Shown here: piece by piece, positions 1 through 8,340 of the stretch | How the letters are laid out: each line of letters opens with the position of its first letter | Position numbering within the stretch: the stretch's first letter is position 1 | Origin: a virus | Strand: one strand, 5' to 3' | Length of the DNA stretch: 64,000 nucleotides | IMG/VR virus record: IMGVR_UViG_3300020416_000002 | Made by a program: the position numbers and the translations under genes | Notes under the pieces: generated by a model | What the model saw: the letters and a program-made list of their open reading frames with translations, nothing else | What the model was told of the DNA's origin: nothing | Database searches by the model: none

Positions 1-91
1 CATGAGCACATTCGTAGATTGATTGTGCATGATAACCTTTACAACCATATTTAGTTAGTAGTAGTTTAAGGCACTCTTGTCTGAGTTTCAT
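1..91 (-). CDS. Hypothetical protein, 5' part (runs off the window)
   Basis: ATG at 91, MKLRQECLKLLLTKYGCKGYHAQSIYECAH, open to the window edge. Confidence 0.55.
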   Translation of the reverse strand, partial: MKLRQECLKLLLTKYGCKGYHAQSIYECAH

Positions 92-116
92 TTTTTGCGG
101 TGTGTACCGCCAATCA

Positions 117-371
117 TCAGACATAACTTGACACACAATCATCATCCTTAACATAACAAGGTACACCTGCAGGGTCTAACCATTTGGTGTATTCAAAATC
201 CTCGATAGCATAATCTAACTGGACTTGATTGTCACATAGGTACATATCCCTGTATCGATTAGTATACTCATCGATTTTTTGGATACGAAAATCAGGTTTT
301 CCGTTAATCTCCAATGTACCACACTGGACATAACGATAGGGATACCTCTCAAGGATAACGGTAGGTTTCAT
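117..371 (-). CDS. Hypothetical cyanophage protein
   Basis: 84-aa ORF, ATGA overlap with upstream gene. Confidence 0.75.
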   Translation of the reverse strand: MKPTVILERYPYRYVQCGTLEINGKPDFRIQKIDEYTNRYRDMYLCDNQVQLDYAIEDFEYTKWLDPAGVPCYVKDDDCVSSYV

Positions 372-769
372 GGTTTAGGTTTGAGATACTTCTCTATTTT
401 ACCAAATTCTAGCACATAAAACAAGCTCCTGTGAATACCCATTTGACGCAATTTGGCAATACGATGTTTGCCATCAATCATGCGATATTTCAAATTATAG
501 GGATTAGGAGCATTTTTTGCGATAATGCCAGGATATGTAATTTCACAATCACTGTATCTTTTCTGATCTACAGTTTTCATGAAAAGTTCTCTAGACAGGT
601 TCATGCCTTTCCAAGCAATTCTATCATGAGATATAATTTTTATTTTTTTATCTGTTAATAGGTGAAAGATGTCGGATAATTGGAGTATCATTGTTTCTCC
701 GTTTATTCTCCAATCTCCATATAATGAGAGACTGCAAGAATGAACCCCATTAATCGGGATATCCGTCAT
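368..769 (-). CDS. ParB/Srx-like domain protein
   Basis: YRMIDGKHRIAK motif (ParB N-terminal IDG.HR); likely start MTDIPING at 769. Confidence 0.6.
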   Translation of the reverse strand: MTDIPINGVHSCSLSLYGDWRINGETMILQLSDIFHLLTDKKIKIISHDRIAWKGMNLSRELFMKTVDQKRYSDCEITYPGIIAKNAPNPYNLKYRMIDGKHRIAKLRQMGIHRSLFYVLEFGKIEKYLKPKP

Positions 770-929
770 CGTCGAATACTTCATCATAGTCGGTGGGTTT
801 TTGAGGAAAATCACTGAGAACTTCCTGTTTTGTTGTATAAGCACTTATGTCAGAGTAAATTTCTGACTCAATCTCTTCAACAATGTTTTTTAGATCAAAA
901 AGTAAAACTTTTAATTTTCCTTTGTTCAT
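750..929 (-). CDS. Small acidic hypothetical protein (59 aa, not in ORF track)
   Basis: MNKGKLKVLLFDLKNIVEEIESEIYSD...DDDGYPD*; fills the gap between neighbours. Confidence 0.7.
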   Translation of the reverse strand: MNKGKLKVLLFDLKNIVEEIESEIYSDISAYTTKQEVLSDFPQKPTDYDEVFDDDGYPD

Positions 930-931
930 GA

Positions 932-1198
932 TTATTCATTCAGTAGTTCACTAGACCTTCTATCTATGTTTGACATAGTTGAACTTGACTTAAAATATTT
1001 GTTTATAACTTCTAATTGATCATCATATCTAGCAATCTTATCAAGTTCAACTTGGATTGCCTCAGTAATATCTGAATGCTCTCCAATACCTGCTGGATGC
1101 TCTAGATATACCTCCACATTTGCTCTGTGTTTGGCAATTTCGCCTTGAGCATGTGCCAATACTGCTCTAAGCAGTTGTTCTCTCATATGAAGTGCCAT
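932..1198 (-). CDS. Hypothetical cyanophage protein
   Basis: 88-aa ORF with GIGEH motif, directly after a sigma70-like promoter. Confidence 0.75.
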   Translation of the reverse strand: MALHMREQLLRAVLAHAQGEIAKHRANVEVYLEHPAGIGEHSDITEAIQVELDKIARYDDQLEVINKYFKSSSTMSNIDRRSSELLNE

Positions 1199-1218
1199 AG
1201 ACTTAGTAACTTTTTAAC

Positions 1219-1247
1219 ATTATAGTATAAAAAAAGAGGGGTGTAAA
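1219..1247 (-). promoter_or_regulatory. Sigma70-like early promoter overlapping a terminator
   Basis: TTTACA-N17-TATAAT. Confidence 0.65.
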
Positions 1248-1255
1248 CCCCCCTT
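1229..1255 (-). terminator. Intrinsic terminator of the riboswitch/DUF4278 unit
   Basis: G-rich/C-rich stem (GGGG..TTTACA..CCCC) followed by a U tract. Confidence 0.7.
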
Positions 1256-1278
1256 GATACCAATGATGGATCTGACCT

Positions 1279-1380
1279 TCAGATCTCTGTACCCCTCAAT
1301 AGGAGTACTTCGCCGTAAATAAACGCGAGAAACACGGCACATCCTATGGAGATTCCTCCGACAATGTATAGTGCTTCCAT
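1279..1380 (-). CDS. Small membrane peptide (33 aa, not in ORF track)
   Basis: MEALYIVGGISIGCAVFLAFIYGEVLLLRGTEI*, 4 nt after DUF4278 stop. Confidence 0.6.
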   Translation of the reverse strand: MEALYIVGGISIGCAVFLAFIYGEVLLLRGTEI

Positions 1381-1384
1381 TGGT

Positions 1385-1528
1385 CTAACTCTTAGAGGCG
1401 AACTTGCGTTTCACCTTAATGCCACGATACATTAGTTCATGGTTACGGTTTTGTTCTCTCTCTGCGAGAACTTTTGCTTTATATCCTTCGGCGTCGTATT
1501 TGACACCGCGATAGGTGATTTGAGTCAT
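1385..1528 (-). CDS. DUF4278-family small protein (47 aa, not in ORF track)
   Basis: MTQITYRGVKY...ELMYRGIKVKRKFASKS*; twin YRG motifs, SD AGGAG, directly downstream of glutamine aptamers. Confidence 0.85.
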   Translation of the reverse strand: MTQITYRGVKYDAEGYKAKVLAEREQNRNHELMYRGIKVKRKFASKS

Positions 1529-1560
1529 TTGCCTTCTCCTGAAGTAGTTGGGATTTTAGC

Positions 1561-1762
1561 CCCGTTCCTTCAGTCGTTTGCGTCCCATGTACATGTTAGA
1601 CCCATTGTTTCAACTAGATGAACTTGATAGATTTCCATGATTTCAATCCTCTGTTGAGGTGTGAGGTCAGGATGTCTTTTTACGCGATCAAGCTTTTCAG
1701 CAATATCCGCACAAGTTACACCTGCGACCAATAGTCCTACTAAATGTATCATAGGATGAACG
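1561..1762 (-). ncRNA. Glutamine riboswitch aptamer 2 (glnA / Downstream-peptide class) with ORF-containing P2 loop
   Basis: 5' half CGUUCA-UCCUAUG (1762-1750); 3' half CAUGGGA-CGCAAA-CGACU-GAAGGAACG (1589-1563); P1 and P2 pair. Confidence 0.7.
1570..1752 (-). CDS. 60-aa protein nested inside the riboswitch
   Basis: MIHLVGLLVAGVTCADIAEK...CTWDAND*; hydrophobic N-terminus, start in P2 stem, stop in aptamer core. Confidence 0.65.
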   Translation of the reverse strand: MIHLVGLLVAGVTCADIAEKLDRVKRHPDLTPQQRIEIMEIYQVHLVETMGLTCTWDAND

Positions 1763-1764
1763 CT

Positions 1765-1805
1765 CCGTTCCGCGACCTACTTGCGTCCCTTTCGGGATGA
1801 ACGAT
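1765..1805 (-). ncRNA. Glutamine riboswitch aptamer 1
   Basis: AUCGUUCA-UCCC GAAA GGGA-CGCAAGUA-GGUCG-CGGAACGG; P1 CGUUC/GAACG and GNRA-capped P2. Confidence 0.75.
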
Positions 1806-1811
1806 ATGTGC

Positions 1812-1820
1812 ATTATAACA
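1812..1820 (-). promoter_or_regulatory. Extended -10 promoter for the riboswitch transcript
   Basis: TGtTATAAT; predicted TSS near 1805, the first base of aptamer 1. Confidence 0.65.
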
Positions 1821-1843
1821 CATTACTATGTATATGACCACTT

Positions 1844-1861
1844 ATTGTAACATTTTGTAAA
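1844..1861 (-). promoter_or_regulatory. HLR1 (RpaB-binding) direct repeat
   Basis: TTTACAAA-AT-GTTACAAT, exact match to (G/T)TTACA(T/A)(T/A)-N2-(G/T)TTACA(T/A)(T/A). Confidence 0.6.
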
Positions 1862-1905
1862 GTGAATCCTACAGACCAAAAAAATTATGGAATTTTTTTT
1901 CCCGA

Positions 1906-2673
1906 TTATCTGTAATTGGGGTTCGGTTTTCCCTCAGGGATTGAGTCTAAAACTTTTTCTCTTGGGAACCAACCGAGTTCACACAGTGCTGTAGTGTCAG
2001 CACATGTAACATCTCTCTCGCCTGGCGTGTGCTCCTTGACTGGTAGATTTGCTTGACCAAATGCCTCTGCTAGTTCTCTTACCGTAGTAGTTTCTCCTGT
2101 TCCAATATCAATAACTCCTGTGGTTGTGCTTGTCATTAAGTAACAAATTGCTCTAGCAACATCCTTCACATGAATCCAATCTCTTTTATGATTAGTAATA
2201 TATTTTGCGGTCTTATCCTGTAACATTCTGTAAAGCATGTCAGGTCTGCTATTCTCACCGTAGACGGTCTGGAATCTCATTCCTACACTATTAGGTGGTG
2301 CTTGTAGTTCATTGACCTTCTTGGTGATACCATAAGGGTTCTGCCACCACTCTTCGACTTGTGCAGAACTAGCATAGAGTAACCTAGTTCTATATTTCCT
2401 ACAATATTCAAAAATAGGTTTAGATTTCTCTACATTATTCTCCCAAAATTTTTCTGGATTATCTATGCTGTCTCTGATAGCAGCAAACGCTGCTAGATGA
2501 ATAATAACATCATAGGGTTGATCAAACATACCAATCTCAGACTGAAAATCCCCGATATCATCGGGGAAATCCATACCATCAACTGAGTATCCATAACCTG
2601 CATCATGTCTAAGGTGATCAAACACATAACTGCCAATGAATCCCTTATGACCCGTAACAAGGATCTTTGTCAT
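1906..2673 (-). CDS. NAD-dependent nucleotide-sugar epimerase/dehydratase
   Basis: TGHKGFIG Rossmann motif, HLAA, YASSA, YGITK. Confidence 0.9.
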   Translation of the reverse strand: MTKILVTGHKGFIGSYVFDHLRHDAGYGYSVDGMDFPDDIGDFQSEIGMFDQPYDVIIHLAAFAAIRDSIDNPEKFWENNVEKSKPIFEYCRKYRTRLLYASSAQVEEWWQNPYGITKKVNELQAPPNSVGMRFQTVYGENSRPDMLYRMLQDKTAKYITNHKRDWIHVKDVARAICYLMTSTTTGVIDIGTGETTTVRELAEAFGQANLPVKEHTPGERDVTCADTTALCELGWFPREKVLDSIPEGKPNPNYR

Positions 2674-3062
2674 TCTTTTTTCTTTCTTTTTGATGGTGGT
2701 TTAGGTTGAGTACCCCAAAGAGCGGGTTTCCTATTACCTTTTGTAAATGCGATTGCCTTCAATCCCTTCTTGAGTTTGTCCCAATAGAAATTAAAGATGT
2801 CACTTTGTTTTTGTGCCATCACAATGTCGTAGTGGATGACATCAGAATTGTCTGAAGTATATGATACTACAAACGAATTGGTAGGCAAAGAAGTGTCTTG
2901 CGACTTAGCAAAGTCACAATCTGTTTCATGGATATTGATCCAGTATACTTCCTTTGCCTCCTTTTTCTCTTCAGGAGTCCATACTCTAGACCCTGTTGCC
3001 CCAGACGATATCGGGGTAGGCTTCTTTAACGACTGGGAAGCTGCATTTGTATTTTCTGCCAA
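2670..3062 (-). CDS. Hypothetical protein (start uncertain)
   Basis: ORF overlapping both neighbours; only a TTG start is available. Confidence 0.55.
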   Translation of the reverse strand: MAENTNAASQSLKKPTPISSGATGSRVWTPEEKKEAKEVYWINIHETDCDFAKSQDTSLPTNSFVVSYTSDNSDVIHYDIVMAQKQSDIFNFYWDKLKKGLKAIAFTKGNRKPALWGTQPKPPSKRKKKE

Positions 3063-3447
3063 GTTTTTTGTCCTTTGCTAAACATAATACTTCTGCTTCA
3101 CCTGGATTTAAGGATTCAAGCAGTTGGATGAACAAGACCTCACGGCGAGTGCTCGTGAGTTCATAGTTACCTCCTTCAATGAAATTATACAGTGTTCTGT
3201 ACTCAGATGCAAGTTTGCTCTGAGATTCCACTGTAGGGGAAGGATTTGGTTCATATGGTACATCTCCATCTGGTAATGCACTCTTCAAACTCTCATCATA
3301 ATTCCAAATAAGACAGTAACGAAGTGCTTTAGAGTCATAGTTTCTAAGCAATTCAATCTTTTTATCTTTAGTCTTTGCCTTATGAACTGCGTCCAAGACT
3401 TCACTAACGAGAGGTTTAGGTGGTAATTTTGCCATAATAAGTTTCAA
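2986..3447 (-). CDS. Conserved T4-like hypothetical protein
   Basis: LPDGDVPY and RREVLFIQLLESL motifs. Confidence 0.75.
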   Translation of the reverse strand: MKLIMAKLPPKPLVSEVLDAVHKAKTKDKKIELLRNYDSKALRYCLIWNYDESLKSALPDGDVPYEPNPSPTVESQSKLASEYRTLYNFIEGGNYELTSTRREVLFIQLLESLNPGEAEVLCLAKDKKLGRKYKCSFPVVKEAYPDIVWGNRV

Positions 3448-3450
3448 AAG

Positions 3451-3681
3451 TTAAATGTCGTCTTCTACATCCTCATTTTCATTCAAAAAACGAAATGCAA
3501 TTAGAGAGTCAGGAAGAATGTTTCCATCTTCATCATACATTTCAGGATGAGTTGGAGGATTAATGTTAGGTCTGTCGTGATGATAAAACATGTACTCTCT
3601 GAGTACCCATCCTAACATTACAGACAAAATTGCTGTCAGGATAACAAAAAAAGATCCGAAGACCAAAGATACTGCTAACAT
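3451..3681 (-). CDS. Small membrane protein, DUF2973-like
   Basis: N-terminal TM helix plus HPEMYDEDGN...LIAFRF. Confidence 0.55.
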   Translation of the reverse strand: MLAVSLVFGSFFVILTAILSVMLGWVLREYMFYHHDRPNINPPTHPEMYDEDGNILPDSLIAFRFLNENEDVEDDI

Positions 3682-3743
3682 TGTTTTTCTCTATAGGGTT
3701 ATTTTAGAATTTAAAAATGCCCCTCCATGCTAATTAATTTTAT

Positions 3744-3995
3744 TTAGCTAGCGAGTTTGCGTTCTTTAAAAAAGGAGGCAACTTCAAGAGACCCTCCTAC
3801 ATGTACTCTTCCCTCTTCGGGAATGTCAACAACCACTTGAGGAAATTGAAAGGAATTAAATTCCTGATTGAATTCCTCAATCGTAAAGTGTTCGTCCAAA
3901 GTATACACTCTATAAGTTTGTTTTGTCAACTCCATGAGTTGCTTAACTTTGTCACAATAATCGCAACCATCCATTGAGTAGACAGTAAAGTTCAT
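3744..3995 (-). CDS. nrdC: Glutaredoxin
   Basis: CDYC active site, FPQV, VGG. Confidence 0.85.
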   Translation of the reverse strand: MNFTVYSMDGCDYCDKVKQLMELTKQTYRVYTLDEHFTIEEFNQEFNSFQFPQVVVDIPEEGRVHVGGSLEVASFFKERKLAS

Positions 3996-4021
3996 AGTAG
4001 TTTAGGAATATGAAAAATTAT

Positions 4022-7000
4022 TTATAGGAATGTAGGTTCTCCATCTTGACCTCCATACACAACTATATTAACATCCCTTAGGTCTTCTGGAGCAGGAATG
4101 CCGTTATATATTGTAACACCAAATCCCGTAGTTGTCCTGTCGTATACGGTAGCATCAACTAAACCGCCAGGAAAATTGTTTGTGCCTCTACCGTTGATGA
4201 CCACCGCATAGTTATTATCATTCATTTCGTCAGCAAAGTTCACTTGGTAAACACCTGTAGATTGCTGTTCAATGGAACTAACATTGTGTGATCTATCGCC
4301 AGGCACATAGTCACTGTTACCCACACCTAAGTTAGTATTCATATACCATGCAGTAGCACGACCCTCAAACATTTGAGTGTGTGTGCATGTCTTTAGACCT
4401 GCCTTATTTTTATACTCTCCTACCCTCAAGACTTTATGGAAGTCACTGTTGAATACTTGAATGGAGTTACCCATACTACCCATGGTAGTTCCAACTCCAA
4501 CACCATAGTAGAATAACTGAGGTGTCTCTTCAGTGACTTCAATTTCTGTGAATGTTCCAGTAACAGTAACACCTTGAGTCATCTTAGCAGGACTTGTAGT
4601 ACCAAACCCTACTGGATCACCTGACGCTGCATAGTAAAATTCAAGAGGATAATTTGCCTGCTGTGCAGCATTTTCAAATCTATATGTTTGTCCTACCTCA
4701 AACCTTAAGTAAGGTGACTCAAAACCTTGAATGTTGATTGATCTATCAGATCCAACACCAATATATCTGTGATCTGCTGTCTTAGTACCAAGAGTAACAG
4801 GTAGAGGTAAGAAGTTTGCTTTGTGCTCAGTGTAGAGACTCTTAGATGTCTCTGCAGCACCTGTTAAGGTAGAGAATGACGCTGCCTGTGCAAAGTTAGC
4901 ATTGAGTGCATTAGAGGCGATTCCTGCGTTGTCTGCGAAGGTAGCAACACCTGCAAGGTTTGCAAAGGTAGCAACTCCACAGATGTCAGCATGAGGAACC
5001 TTCTGAACTGATACAGTTGTAATACCAGAAGATACTGAAGTAACATCAATGCTTTGTGCAAAGTTAACAGTGATACCTGTTCCTACAAAACTTCCACCAT
5101 TCTGAATACCAATACCACTACCTGTAGCAACGATACCAGTGAGTTGACTACCATCACCAAAGAATTTGTCAGTGGTTCTGATAGGATTATTAGTAAAGAT
5201 ATCAAAGTCACTCGTGATACCTGATGCTACACTAGCAGTGGCAGAGTTACCTGTACACTGATCAGCAACTCCAGCAGTATTAGCACGAGTTACAGCAACA
5301 CCAACGGCAAGAGAGTTAGCAGTTTCAGCAACGGTCGCTACACCAGCAACAGATGCGAAGTCTGCGGTAGATGCATTAGGAATTGTACCAGCAGTAATTG
5401 TGGCAACACCAGCAGATACTGTAGTAATATTAAACTCCGATCCAAAGTCGATAGTAGCAGCAACACCAACTTGAGATCCATTACTGGTAATACTAACACC
5501 AGATCCAGCAGCAATCACACCAGTGATAGCAGATCCATCACCAGCAAACGCTGTGGCAGTGATAACACCAATAGTATTGACACTTCCATCAGTTCCTACA
5601 CCAGCAAACTGAAGTTCAATAGGTCTAGTGTATGCAGCAAATGCTACATCAGTTCTAGATGCTCTAGTAATTAAAGTTTGACCACTAGCAATACCAATAT
5701 TATCAATCGTTAAATCTTGTAATGGTTGTAGTCTCTGTCCAAACACAAAGAAATCTGCAACGCTAAAGGTGCTAGTGTCACCTTCGGCAATACCAACGGA
5801 GACTGCAGCAGTTTGATCAGAGTTTCTATTTGATACATGAATAGTTGCTACACCATCATACTTTGATGTAAATAATCCTACATTATCATTAATCTGAGGG
5901 AAAGCAGTGCTACTAATATATGAATTTCTTCTACCTAAATTTTTCTGAACATCTGCATTGACATTACCATATGCTTTGTTAGCGATGACAGTAAAACTTA
6001 CGCCAGGTTCAGATGAGGAAACATATACTGCGTCACCTGGTTTTAAGGTAACATCATCATACATGTCATTGCCACCAACTTTCATTGGAATACCATAGGC
6101 AATGTAATCTGAGTCTAGGTTACCAGCATAGACACCACTTAATTTTGCACCATTGCCGTGAGTAACAGATACATTAAGTCTAGCAAGATCAGCAGCGTCG
6201 CCACCATCTATGGTAACAATATCACCATCAGTATAATTGAGACCATCATTATTAATTACTGCACTAACTACAGTTCCATTATTATCAACCTCAATATCAA
6301 CAGTTAATCCAGAACCAGAACCACCTGCTGCAGACAATACAATGATACCATTCATTGTGGGATGACTCATGCACTGATAGTAGTATGTCCCTGCAGGAAG
6401 TCCTGTAGTGTCCCAAGTAACATTGGCAGTTCCCTGTCCAGTTACACCACCAGCAGCAGCACCACCTAAACTAGTTCTGATAGCAAAGGGGTGAGCAGGA
6501 GCAATAGCAGTTAGATCAACATTAAGAGTGTCACCAACGGTAAGATTAATTGTAGGAGCGTTACCAGATACTGCTCCAAGTCTATCAGTACCACCACCGC
6601 CAAAAGTATAGAAGTCTCCACCATATCCTCCGTGCTGTGCTGAGACAACATATACAGTATATGATTCTGGAGCACTGGAACCAGATATTGATGTAGTGCC
6701 AACATCTGCGTAAATACCTTGTGTATAACCAGTACCATTACTAATAAAAGGACCTAGTGTCTTAGCACCAGTGGCGTTGGCGTTTGGAATTGTAAGGACA
6801 TCACCAGTAGAGTATCCTGAACCATCTGCAACAATTTCAACTTCAGTTACTGCACCATTAGAAACCTCGGTAATATTAACAGACGCTCCTGTTCCAGATC
6901 CTCCAAGCAAAAGTAGATTTGAACCAAGAGAGTAACCAGATCCACCATCAGTGACTGTTAATTCTTGAGCACCACTGTCACCAGATATTGACACAGAGTG

Positions 7001-7144
7001 AGTTAACTCCTCCTCAGTTTGATTTGATGCTGAGATGTTAACTGTTACCATTTCGGTTGCTGTATACAACAGGGTATTGGTAACAGTACCCAGTTGTAAT
7101 GTAGTTTTCAGCGAGGCAAGTCTTCCTATCACGGCTCTAAGCAC
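4022..7144 (-). CDS. Large virion structural / tail-fibre-like protein with inserted cupredoxin-like domain
   Basis: 1040 aa, Gly/Thr/Ser-rich, DGGSGY and AGVAT repeats, HPF...YYYQCMSHPTM; late promoter upstream. Confidence 0.75.
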   Translation of the reverse strand: MLRAVIGRLASLKTTLQLGTVTNTLLYTATEMVTVNISASNQTEEELTHSVSISGDSGAQELTVTDGGSGYSLGSNLLLLGGSGTGASVNITEVSNGAVTEVEIVADGSGYSTGDVLTIPNANATGAKTLGPFISNGTGYTQGIYADVGTTSISGSSAPESYTVYVVSAQHGGYGGDFYTFGGGGTDRLGAVSGNAPTINLTVGDTLNVDLTAIAPAHPFAIRTSLGGAAAGGVTGQGTANVTWDTTGLPAGTYYYQCMSHPTMNGIIVLSAAGGSGSGLTVDIEVDNNGTVVSAVINNDGLNYTDGDIVTIDGGDAADLARLNVSVTHGNGAKLSGVYAGNLDSDYIAYGIPMKVGGNDMYDDVTLKPGDAVYVSSSEPGVSFTVIANKAYGNVNADVQKNLGRRNSYISSTAFPQINDNVGLFTSKYDGVATIHVSNRNSDQTAAVSVGIAEGDTSTFSVADFFVFGQRLQPLQDLTIDNIGIASGQTLITRASRTDVAFAAYTRPIELQFAGVGTDGSVNTIGVITATAFAGDGSAITGVIAAGSGVSITSNGSQVGVAATIDFGSEFNITTVSAGVATITAGTIPNASTADFASVAGVATVAETANSLAVGVAVTRANTAGVADQCTGNSATASVASGITSDFDIFTNNPIRTTDKFFGDGSQLTGIVATGSGIGIQNGGSFVGTGITVNFAQSIDVTSVSSGITTVSVQKVPHADICGVATFANLAGVATFADNAGIASNALNANFAQAASFSTLTGAAETSKSLYTEHKANFLPLPVTLGTKTADHRYIGVGSDRSINIQGFESPYLRFEVGQTYRFENAAQQANYPLEFYYAASGDPVGFGTTSPAKMTQGVTVTGTFTEIEVTEETPQLFYYGVGVGTTMGSMGNSIQVFNSDFHKVLRVGEYKNKAGLKTCTHTQMFEGRATAWYMNTNLGVGNSDYVPGDRSHNVSSIEQQSTGVYQVNFADEMNDNNYAVVINGRGTNNFPGGLVDATVYDRTTTGFGVTIYNGIPAPEDLRDVNIVVYGGQDGEPTFL

Positions 7145-7153
7145 TTTTTTTAG

Positions 7154-7160
7154 TATTTAT
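7154..7160 (-). promoter_or_regulatory. T4-type late promoter
   Basis: ATAAATA about 10 nt before start codon. Confidence 0.6.
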
Positions 7161-7193
7161 CTGTGCTAGAATATATACAGTAAACATCTTAGC

Positions 7194-7973
7194 ATGAACA
7201 TTATAACGGGATCCGATGGATTCATTGCAAGGCACTTTCAAAGTTCCCTTGACAATGGTATTGGAATTGATATGGAGAACTGTTTTGATTTTTTCGACAA
7301 CTTTAAGAGTTGGGATAAAATTGATATGATTATCCATCAAGGTGCGTTGTCCTCTACGACCAACAAGAACCTTGAGATGGTCTACAAATACAACACTGAA
7401 TATAGTATTAAGTTATTTGAGAAAGCAATTGAGTATGGTATCCCTGTAAAGTATGCTAGTTCAGCATCTGTCTATGGTAATCAGCAAGGTATCATTAATC
7501 CTTTAAATTATTATGCATTATCAAAAGCAACCATAGACTATTGGGTCTTGGATAATATTGATCGCTTCAGGTATATTCAAGGGTTCAGATACTTTAATGT
7601 GTACGGATCAGGTGAACAACACAAAGGAACTATGGCATCACTAGTCAGTCAGTTTCAGTGGCAGGCGGTGACTGGTCAAATACATCCGTTTGAGGGGAGC
7701 GATCAGATATATCGTGACTATGTGTGGGTAGGGGATCTTGTGAATGTTGTACTATCAAACACTGCGGGTTCTGGCATATTCGATCTTGGCACAGGAGAGC
7801 CAATAACAATTGACACTGTAGCTCAACTAGTTTCAGCAAAATCTGGGTCGAAACTGTCTCCAATTCCTTTTCCTCCTAATCTTAAAGGTAAGTACCAATA
7901 TTATACCAAAGCTGACATGGAATGGTTAAAAGATTACAAATTTAAGACTGTGGAAGAGTATCTCCTTGAATAA
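7194..7973 (+). CDS. hldD: ADP-L-glycero-D-manno-heptose 6-epimerase-like
   Basis: IITGSDGFIA, HQGALSST, YASSASVYG, PLNYYALSK, RYFNVYG..E.HKG.MAS, Y..YT.AD. Confidence 0.85.
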   Translation: MNIITGSDGFIARHFQSSLDNGIGIDMENCFDFFDNFKSWDKIDMIIHQGALSSTTNKNLEMVYKYNTEYSIKLFEKAIEYGIPVKYASSASVYGNQQGIINPLNYYALSKATIDYWVLDNIDRFRYIQGFRYFNVYGSGEQHKGTMASLVSQFQWQAVTGQIHPFEGSDQIYRDYVWVGDLVNVVLSNTAGSGIFDLGTGEPITIDTVAQLVSAKSGSKLSPIPFPPNLKGKYQYYTKADMEWLKDYKFKTVEEYLLE

Positions 7974-8319
7974 CTCGATGAGAGTCGGAGTCAAAATGCT
8001 GTGTAGAAAATTCAAATAATTCTGAGTCTTGTATTGCTACCATCTGGTGTCTAGTTCCTCTTTTCATGTGGAACTTCATGCCAGGTTCTAGTATTAATGT
8101 GTTTGCCTTTGCTAGATCATCATCCTTGCCATAAAACAAATGAATGAGACCTGACTGTAGATAAAAGGTTTCGTCTTTTAATTTGTGGTAGTGCCATGAG
8201 CATCTTTTATTTTTAGCAATGAATAAAAGTTTACCGCAATATTCTGGAGAGTTAGCGATCCACTTCTCGTAACCCCATCCTTTTTCTACAAATTTAATTC
8301 CTGAATCTGTCATACTCAT
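7942..8319 (-). CDS. Cupin protein (sugar isomerase-like)
   Basis: KGWGYE, SWHYHKLKDETF, RH. Confidence 0.75.
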   Translation of the reverse strand: MSMTDSGIKFVEKGWGYEKWIANSPEYCGKLLFIAKNKRCSWHYHKLKDETFYLQSGLIHLFYGKDDDLAKANTLILEPGMKFHMKRGTRHQMVAIQDSELFEFSTQHFDSDSHRVIQGDTLPQS

Positions 8320-8340
8320 AGTCTCCCATTATATAGTATA

